A stretch of 64,000 bases of DNA from Eledone cirrhosa (Eukaryota): assembly GCA_964016885.1 (NCBI GenBank), contig OZ024745.1, forward strand, positions 59,272,001-59,336,000, in the 5' to 3' direction. Each line of letters opens with the position of its first letter. Position 1 is the stretch's first letter. The position numbers and the translations under genes were made by a program. This document shows, piece after piece, positions 54,901 through 64,000 of this stretch. The notes beneath the pieces were generated by a model. The model did not search any database, had not been told where the DNA came from, and saw only the letters and a list, made by a program, of their open reading frames with translations.

Positions 54901-57900
54901 ACCTCGATTTGGAGTGAGAACCTCGATTTGGAGTGAGAACCTCGACTTGGAGTGAAAACCTCGACTTGGAGTGAAAACCTCGACTTGGAGTGAAAACCTC
55001 GACTTGGAGTGAAAACCTTGACTTGGAGTGAGAACCTCGACTTGGAGTGAAAACCTCGACTTGGAGTGAAAACCTCGACTTGGAGTGAAAACCTCGACTT
55101 GGAGTGAAAACCTCGACTGGGAGTGAAAACCTCGACTTGGAGTGAAAACCTCGACTTGGAGTGAAAACCTCGACTGGGAGTGAAAACCTCGACTTGGAGT
55201 GAAAACCTCGACTTGGAGTGAAAACCTCGACTTAGAATGAAAACCTCGACTTGGAGTCAGAACCTCGACTTGGAGTGAAAACCTCGACTTGGAGTGAGAA
55301 CCTCGACTTGGAGTGAAAACCTCGACCTGGAGTGAGAACCTCGACTTGGAGTGAAAATCTCGACCTGGAGTGAGAACCTCGACTTGGAGTGAAAATCTCG
55401 ACTTGGAGTGAAAACCTCGACTTGGAGTGAAAACCTCGACTTGGAGTGAGAACCTCGACTTGGAGTGAAAACCTCGACTTGGGGTGAGAACCTCGACTTG
55501 GAGTGAAAACCTCGACTTGGAGTGAAAACCTCGACTTGGAGTGAGAACCTCGACTTGGAGTGTAAACTGCGACTCTGAGTGAAAACCTCGACTTGGAGTG
55601 AGAACATCGACTTGGAGTGAAAACCTCGACTTGGAGTGAAAACCTCGACTTGGAGTGAGAACCTCGACTTGGAGTGAAAACCTCGACTTGGAGTGAGAAC
55701 CTCGACTTGGAGTGAAAACCTCGACTTGGAGTGAGAACCTCGACATGGAGTGAAAACCTCGACTTGGAGTGAGAACCTCGACTTGGAGTGAAAACCTCGA
55801 CTTGGAGTGAGAACCTCGACTTGGAGTGAAAACCTCGACTTGGAGCGAGAACCTCGACTTGGAGTGAAAACCTCGACTTGGAGTGAGATCCTCGACTTGG
55901 AGTGAAAACCTCGACTTGGAGTGAAAACCTCGACTTGGAGTGAAAACCTCGACTTGGAGTGAAAACCTCGACTTGGAGTGAAAACCTCGACTTGGAGTGA
56001 AAACCTCGACTTGGAGTGAGAACCTCGACTTGGAGTGAGAACCTCGACTTGGAGTGAAAACCTCGACTTGGAGTGAAAACCTCGACTTGGAGTGAAAACC
56101 TCGACTTGGAGTGTAAACCTCGACTTGGAGTGAAAACCTCGACTTGGAGTGAGAACCTCGATTTGGAGTGAGAACCTCCACTTGGAGTGAGAACCTCGAT
56201 TTGGAGTGAGAACCTCGACTTGGAGTGAGAACCTCGATTTGGAGTGAGAACCTCGACTTGGAGTGAGAACCTCGACTTGGAGTGAGAACCTCGATTTGGA
56301 GTGAGAACCTCGATTTGGAGTGAGAACCTCGATTTGGAGTGAGAACCTCGATTTGGAGTGAGAACCTCGACTTGGAGTGAAAACCTCGACTTGGAGTGAA
56401 AACCTCGACTTGGAGTGAAAACCTTGACTTGGAGTGAAAACCTCGACTTGGAGTGAAAACCTCGACTTGGAGTGAAAACCTCGACTTGGAGTGAAAACCT
56501 CGACTGGGAGTGAAAACCTCGACTTGGAGTGAAAACCTCGACTTGGAGTGAAAACCTCGACTGGGAGTGAAAACCTCGACTTGGAGTGAAAACCTCGACT
56601 TGGAGTGAAAACCTCGACTTGGAGTGAAAACCTCGACTTGGAGTGAAAACCTCGACTTGGAGTGAAAACCTCGACTTGGAGTGAAAACCTCGACTTAGAA
56701 TGAAAACCTCGACTTGGAGTGAGAACCTCGACTTGGAGTGAAAACCTCGACTTGGAGTGAGAACCTCGACTTGGAGTGAAAACCTCGACCTGGAGTGAGA
56801 ACCTCGACTTGGAGTGAAAATCTCGACCTGGAGTGAGAACCTCGACTTGGAGTGAAAATCTCGACTTGGAGTGAAAACCTCGACTTGGAGTGAAAACCTC
56901 GACTTGGAGTGAGAACCTCGACTTGGAGTGAAAACCTCGACTTGGGGTGAGAACCTCGACTTGGAGTGAAAACCTCGACTTGGAGTGAAAACCTCGACTT
57001 GGAGTGAGAACCTCGACTTGGAGTGTAAACTGCGACTCTGAGTGAAAACCTCGACTTGGAGTGAGAACATCGACTTGGAGTGAAAACCTCGACTTGGAGT
57101 GAAAACCTCGAATTGGAGTGAGAACCTCGACATGGAGTGAAAACCTCGACTTGGAGTGAGAACCTCGACTTGGAGTGAAAACCTCGACTTGGAGTGAGAA
57201 CCTCGACATGGAGTGAAAACCTCGACTTGGAGTGAGAACCTCGACTTGGAGTGAAAACCTCGACTTGGAGTGAGAACCTCGACTTGGAGTGAAAACCTCG
57301 ACTTGGAGTGAGAACCTCGACTTGGAGTGAAAACCTCGACTTGGAGTGAGAACCTCGACTTGGAGTGAAAACCTCGACTTGGAGTGAAAACCTCGACTTG
57401 GAGTGAAAACCTCGACTTGGAGTGAAAACCTCGACTTGGAGTGAAAACCTCGACTTGGAGTGAAAACCTCGACTTGGAGTGAGAACCTCGACTTGTAGTG
57501 AAAACCTCGACTTGGAGTGAGAACCTCGACTTGGAGTGAGAACCTCGACTTGGAGTGAAAACCTCGACTTGGAGTGAGAACCTCGACTTGGAGTGAAAAC
57601 CTCGACTTGGAGTGAAAGCCTCGACTTGGAGTGAGAACCTCGACTTGGAGTGAAAGCCTCGACTTGGAGTGAGAACCTCGACTTGGAGTGAAAGCCTCGA
57701 CTTGGAGTGAGAACCTCGACTTGGAGTGAGAACCTCGACTTGGAGTGAAAACCTCGACTTGGAGTGAAAATCTCGACTTGGAGTGAAAACCTCGACTTGG
57801 AGTGAGAACCTCGACTTGGAGTGAGAACCTCGACTTGGAGTGAAAACCTCGACTTGGAGTGAAAACCTCGACTTGGAGTGAAAACCTCGACTTGGAGTGA

Positions 57901-59199
57901 GAACCTCGACTTGGAGTGAAAACCTCGACTTGGAGTGAGAACCTCGACTTGGAGTGTAAACTGCGACTCTGAGTGAAAACCTCGACTTGGAGTGAGAACA
58001 TCGACTTGGAGTGAAAACCTCGACTTGGAGTGAAAACCTCGACTTGGAGTGAAAACCTCGACTTGGAGTGAGAACCTCGACTTGGAGTGAAAACCTCGAC
58101 TTGGAGTGAGAACCTCGACATGGAGTGAAAACCTCGACTTGGAGTGAGAACCTCGACTTGGAGTGAAAACCTCGACTTGGAGTGAAAACCTCGACTTGGA
58201 GTGAAAACCTCGACTGGGAGTAAAAACCTCGACTTGGAGTGAAAACCTCGACTGGGAGTGAAAACCTCGACTGGGAGTGAAAACCTCGACTTGGAGTGAA
58301 AACCTCGACTTAGAATGAAAACCTCGACTTGGAGTCAGAACCTCGACTTGGAGTGAAAACCTCGACTTGGAGTGAGAACCTCGACTTGGAGTGAAAACCT
58401 CGACCTGGAGTGAGAACCTCGACTTGGAGTGAAAATCTCGACCTGGAGTGAGAACCTCGACTTGGAGTGAAAATCTCGACCTGGAGTGAGAACCTCGACT
58501 TGGAGTGAAAATCTCGACTTGGAGTGAAAACCTCGACTTGGAGTGAAAACCTCGACTTGGAGTGAGAACCTCGACTTGGAGTGAAAACCTCGACTTGGGG
58601 TGAGAACCTCGACTTGGAGTGAAAACCTCGACTTGGAGTGAAAACCTCGACTTGGAGTGAGAACCTCGACTTGGAGTGTAAACTGCGACTCTGAGTGAAA
58701 ACCTCGACTTGGAGTGAGAACATCGACTTGGAGTGAAAACCTCGACTTGGAGTGAAAACCTCGACTTGGAGTGAGAACCTCGACTTGGAGTGAAAGCCTC
58801 GACTTGGAGTGAGAACCTCGACTTGGAGTGAAAGCCTCGACTTGGAGTGAGAACCTCGACTTGGAGTGAGAACCTCGACTTGGAGTGAAAACCTCGACTT
58901 GGAGTGAAAATCTCGACTTGGAGTGAAAACCTCGACTTGGAGTGAGAACCTCGACTTGGAGTGAGAACCTCGACTTGGAGTGAAAACCTCGACTTGGAGT
59001 GAAAACCTCGACTTGGAGTGAAAACCTCGACTTGGAGTGAGAACCTCGACTTGGAGTGAAAACCTCGACTTGGAGTGAGAACCTCGACTTGGAGTGTAAA
59101 CTGCGACTCTGAGTGAAAACCTCGACTTGGAGTGAGAACATCGACTTGGAGTGAAAACCTCGACTTGGAGTGAAAACCTCGACTTGGAGTGAAAACCTC

Positions 59200-62100
59200 G
59201 ACTTGGAGTGAGAACCTCGACTTGGAGTGAAAACCTCGACTTGGAGTGAGAACCTCGACATGGAGTGAAAACCTCGACTTGGAGTGAGAACCTCGACTTG
59301 GAGTGAAAACCTCGACTTGGAGTGAAAACCTCGACTTGGAGTGAAAACCTCGACTGGGAGTAAAAACCTCGACTTGGAGTGAAAACCTCGACTGGGAGTG
59401 AAAACCTCGACTGGGAGTGAAAACCTCGACTTGGAGTGAAAACCTCGACTTAGAATGAAAACCTCGACTTGGAGTCAGAACCTCGACTTGGAGTGAAAAC
59501 CTCGACTTGGAGTGAGAACCTCGACTTGGAGTGAAAACCTCGACCTGGAGTGAGAACCTCGACTTGGAGTGAAAATCTCGACCTGGAATGAGAACCTCGA
59601 CTTGGAGTGAAAATCTCGACTTGGAGTGAAAACCTCGACTTGGAGTGAAAACCTCGACTTGGAGTGAGAACCTCGACTTGGAGTGAAAACCTCGACTTGG
59701 GGTGAGAACCTCGACTTGGAGTGAAAACCTCGACTTGGAGTGAAAACCTCGACTTGGAGTGAGAACCTCGACTTGGAGTGTAAACTGCGACTCTGAGTGA
59801 AAACCTCGACTTGGAGTGAGAACATCGACTTGGAGTGAAAACCTCGACTTGGAGTGAAAACCTCGACTTGGAGTGAGAACCTCGACTTGGAGTGAAAACC
59901 TCGACTTGGAGTGAGAACCTCGACTTGGAGTGAAAACCTCGACTTGGAGTGAGAACCTCGACATGGAGTGAAAACCTCGACTTGGAGTGAGAACCTCGAC
60001 TTGGAGTGAAAACCTCGACTTGGAGTGAGAACCTCGACTTGGAGTGAAAACCTCGACTTGGAGTGAGAACCTCGACTTGGAGTGAAAACCTCGACTTGGA
60101 GTGAAAACCTCGACTTGGAGTGAAAACCTCGACTTGGAGTGAAAACCTCGACTTGGAATGAAAACCTCGACTTGGAGTGAAAACCTCGACTTGGAGTGAG
60201 AACCTCGACTTGGAGTGAGAACCTCGACTTGGAGTGAAAACCTCGACTTGGAGTGAAAACCTCGGCTTGGAGTGAGAACCCCGACTTGGAGTGTAAACCT
60301 CGACTTGGAGTGTAAACCTCGACTTGGAGTGTAAACCTCGACTTGGAGTGTAAACCTCGACTTGGAGTGAGAACCTCGACTTGGAGTGAGAACCTCGACT
60401 TGGAGTGAAAACCTCGACTTGGAGTGAGAACCTCGATTTGGAGTGAGAACCTCCACTTGGAGTGAGAACCTCGATTTGGAGTGAGAACCTCGACTTGGAG
60501 TGAGAACCTCGATTTGGAGTGAGAACCTCGACTTGGAGTGAGAACCTCGACTTGGAGTGAGAACCTCGATTTGGAGTGAGAACCTCGATTTGGAGTGAGA
60601 ACCTCGATTTGGAGTGAGAACCTCGATTTGGAGTTAGAACCTCGATTTGGAGTGAGAACCTCGATTTGGAGTGAGAACCTCGACTTGGAGTGAAAACCTC
60701 GACTTGGAGTGAAAACCTCGACTTGGAGTGAAAACCTCGACTTGGAGTGAAAACCTCGACTTGGAGTGAAAACCTCGACTTGGAGTGAAAACCTCGACTG
60801 GGAGTGAAAACCTCGACTTGGAGTGAGAACCTCGACTTGGAGTGCAAACCTCGACTTGGAGTGAGAACCTCGACTTGGAGTGAAAACCTCGACTTGGAGT
60901 GAGAACCTCGACATGGAGTGAGAACCTCGACATGGAGTGAAAACCTCGACTTGGCGTGAGAACCTCGACATGGAGTGAGAACCTCGACATGGAGTGAGAA
61001 CCTCGACATGGAGTGAAAACCTCGACTTGGAGTGAGAACCTCGACATGGAGTGAGAACCTCGACTTGGAGTGAAAACCTCGACTTGGAGTGAGAACCTCG
61101 ACTTGGAGTGAAAACCTCGACTTGGAGTGAGAACCTCGACATGGAGTGAAAACCTCGACTTGGAGTGAGAACCTCGACTTGGAGTGAAAACCTCGACTTG
61201 GAGTGAAAACCTCGACTTGGAGTGAAAACCTCGACTGGGAGTAAAAACCTCGACTTGGAGTGAAAACCTCGACTGGGAGTGAAAACCTCGACTGGGAGTG
61301 AAAACCTCGACTTGGAGTGAAAACCTCGACTTAGAATGAAAACCTCGACTTGGAGTCAGAACCTCGACTTGGAGTGAAAACCTCGACTTGGAGTGAGAAC
61401 CTCGACTTGGAGTGAAAACCTCGACCTGGAGTGAGAACCTCGACTTGGAGTGAAAATCTCGACCTGGAATGAGAACCTCGACTTGGAGTGAAAATCTCGA
61501 CTTGGAGTGAAAACCTCGACTTGGAGTGAAAACCTCGACTTGGAGTGAGAACCTCGACTTGGAGTGAAAACCTCGACTTGGGGTGAGAACCTCGACTTGG
61601 AGTGAAAACCTCGACTTGGAGTGAAAACCTCGACTTGGAGTGAGAACCTCGACTTGGAGTGTAAACTGCGACTCTGAGTGAAAACCTCGACTTGGAGTGA
61701 GAACATCGACTTGGAGTGAAAACCTCGACTTGGAGTGAAAACCTCGACTTGGAGTGAGAACCTCGACTTGGAGTGAAAACCTCGACTTGGAGTGAGAACC
61801 TCGACTTGGAGTGAAAACCTCGACTTGGAGTGAGAACCTCGACATGGAGTGAAAACCTCGACTTGGAGTGAGAACCTCGACTTGGAGTGAAAACCTCGAC
61901 TTGGAGTGAGAACCTCGACTTGGAGTGAAAACCTCGACTTGGAGTGAGAACCTCGACTTGGAGTGAAAACCTCGACTTGGAGTGAAAACCTCGACTTGGA
62001 GTGAAAACCTCGACTTGGAGTGAAAACCTCGACTTGGAATGAAAACCTCGACTTGGAGTGAAAACCTCGACTTGGAGTGAGAACCTCGACTTGGAGTGAG

Positions 62101-62950
62101 AACCTCGACTTGGAGTGAAAACCTCGACTTGGAGTGAAAACCTCGGCTTGGAGTGAGAACCCCGACTTGGAGTGTAAACCTCGACTTGGAGTGTAAACCT
62201 CGACTTGGAGTGTAAACCTCGACTTGGAGTGTAAACCTCGACTTGGAGTGAGAACCTCGACTTGGAGTGAGAACCTCGACTTGGAGTGAAAACCTCGACT
62301 TGGAGTGAGAACCTCGATTTGGAGTGAGAACCTCCACTTGGAGTGAGAACCTCGATTTGGAGTGAGAACCTCGACTTGGAGTGAGAACCTCGATTTGGAG
62401 TGAGAACCTCGACTTGGAGTGAGAACCTCGACTTGGAGTGAGAACCTCGATTTGGAGTGAGAACCTCGATTTGGAGTGAGAACCTCGATTTGGAGTGAGA
62501 ACCTCGATTTGGAGTTAGAACCTCGATTTGGAGTGAGAACCTCGATTTGGAGTGAGAACCTCGACTTGGAGTGAAAACCTCGACTTGGAGTGAAAACCTC
62601 GACTTGGAGTGAAAACCTCGACTTGGAGTGAAAACCTCGACTTGGAGTGAAAACCTCGACTTGGAGTGAAAACCTCGACTGGGAGTGAAAACCTCGACTT
62701 GGAGTGAGAACCTCGACTTGGAGTGCAAACCTCGACTTGGAGTGAGAACCTCGACTTGGAGTGAAAACCTCGACTTGGAGTGAGAACCTCGACATGGAGT
62801 GAGAACCTCGACATGGAGTGAAAACCTCGACTTGGCGTGAGAACCTCGACATGGAGTGAGAACCTCGACATGGAGTGAGAACCTCGACATGGAGTGAAAA
62901 CCTCGACTTGGAGTGAGAACCTCGACATGGAGTGAGAACCTCGACTTGGA
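59200..62950. repeat. 1881-bp (99-monomer) tandem duplication in the homogeneous domain; boundaries approximate
   Basis: TTAGAATG occurs at 59450 and 61331, and GAGTTAGAAC at 60631 and 62512; both spacings are 1881 = 99 x 19. Confidence 0.9.
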
Positions 62951-64000
62951 GTGAAAACCTCGACTTGGAGTGAGAACCTCGACTTGGAGTGAAAACCTCG
63001 ACTTGGAGTGAGAACCTCGACTTGGAGTGAAAACCTCGACTTGGAGTGAGAACCTCGACTTGGAGTGAAAACCTCGACTTGGAGTGAAAACCTCGACTTG
63101 GAGTGAAAACCTCGACTTGGAGTGAAAACCTCGACTTGGAGTGAGAACCTCGACTTGGAGTGAGAACCTCGACTTGGAGTGAGAACCTCGAGTTGGAGTG
63201 AAAACCTCGACTTGGAGTGAAAACCTCGAGTTGGAGTGAAAACCTCGACTTGGAGTGAAAACCTCGACTTGGAGTGAAAACCTCGACTTGGAGTGAGAAC
63301 CTCGACTTGGAGTGAAAACCTCGACTTGGAGTGAGAACCTCGACTTGGAGTGAGAACCTCGACTTGGAGTGAAAACCTCGACTTGGAGTGAGAACCTCGA
63401 CTTGGAGTGAAAACCTCGACTTGGAGTGAGAACCTCGACTTGGAGTGAAAACCTCGACTTGGAGTGAGAACCTCGACATGGAGTGAGAACCTCGACATGG
63501 AGTGAAAACCTCGACTTGGAGTGAGAACCTCGACATGGAGTGAGAACCTCGACATGGAGTGAGAACCTCGACATGGAGTGAAAACCTCGACTTGGAGTGA
63601 GAACCTCGACATGGAGTGAGAACCTCGACTTGGAGTGAAAACCTCGACTTGGAGTGAGAACCTCGACTTGGAGTGAAAACCTCGACTTGGAGTGAGAACC
63701 TCGACTTGGAGTGAAAACCTCGACTTGGAGTGAGAACCTCGACTTGGAGTGAAAACCTCGACCTGGAGTGAGAACCTCGACTTGGAGTGAAAATCTCGAC
63801 CTGGAATGAGAACCTCGACTTGGAGTGAAAATCTCGACTTGGAGTGAAAACCTCGACTTGGAGTGAAAACCTCGACTTGGAGTGAGAACCTCGACTTGGA
63901 GTGAAAACCTCGACTTGGGGTGAGAACCTCGACTTGGAGTGAAAACCTCGACTTGGAGTGAAAACCTCGACTTGGAGTGAGAACCTCGACTTGGAGTGTA

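Larger units (their letters stand above)
15907..64000. repeat. 19-bp satellite array, over 48 kb (about 2500 monomers), continuing past the window end
   Basis: The monomer has a conserved ACTTGGAGTG half and a variable half. Variants include GACTTGGAGTGTAAACTGC, AACTTGGAGTGTAAACTTC, GACTT(A/G)GAGTGTAATGTAG, GACTTGGAGTGTAAACCTC and GACTTGGAGTGA(A/G)AACCTC. Orientation is uniform and no foreign insertion is seen. Confidence 0.99.

Noticed and set aside
15762-63612. Dozens of long minus-strand ORFs (up to 1253 aa) with a 19-aa repeat such as HSKSRFSLQVEVFTPSRGF
   Set aside because: A 19-bp unit without minus-strand stops opens all three frames with the same peptide (57 bp = 19 aa). The ORFs overlap in every frame, have no unique domain and end wherever a variant creates a stop. 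They are not zinc fingers or credible genes.
15907-64000. CRISPR-like reading of a constant half plus a variable half
   Set aside because: The variable part is only about 9 bp and drawn from a few related variants rather than unique spacers. There are no cas genes and the context is eukaryotic.
15907-64000. Telomere-like (TTGGAG/TTAGAG), forkhead-like (TGTAAAC) and B-box-like (GTTCGACT) words in the monomer
   Set aside because: These are short, imperfect matches expected by chance, and no TTAGGG array is seen.

Overview
Eukaryotic, AT-rich, repeat-dominated DNA. The SINE and microsatellite repertoire resembles cephalopod (Octopus-like) genomes, but this is an inference from remembered motifs and no search was run. 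I find no intact host gene and no prokaryote-type system such as CRISPR or operons. Bases 1-15.9 kb are a dense patchwork of transposon relics. These include a complete-ended but dead hAT (Buster/Charlie-type) element with TIRs and an 8-bp TSD, a non-autonomous hAT nested in a SINE and carrying a LINE 3' end, and fragments of RTE, CRE, RTE-X, R4/Dong, Penelope and Tc1/mariner elements. There are also two near-perfect long palindromes and a very young 2.09-kb non-autonomous LTR element (366-bp LTRs, 4-bp TSD, extended tRNA-Trp primer site). From about 15.9 kb to the window end runs one uninterrupted 19-bp satellite of more than 48 kb. It is layered: an indel-containing, variant-rich edge with 1.65-2.07 kb higher-order repeats grades into a near-homogeneous, in-register interior. 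The long minus-strand ORFs in the array are artefacts of a stop-free 19-mer. The best candidates for something undescribed are the layered satellite (possibly centromeric or subtelomeric) and a family of hammerhead/Penelope-linked palindromic elements. Neither can be proven from sequence alone.
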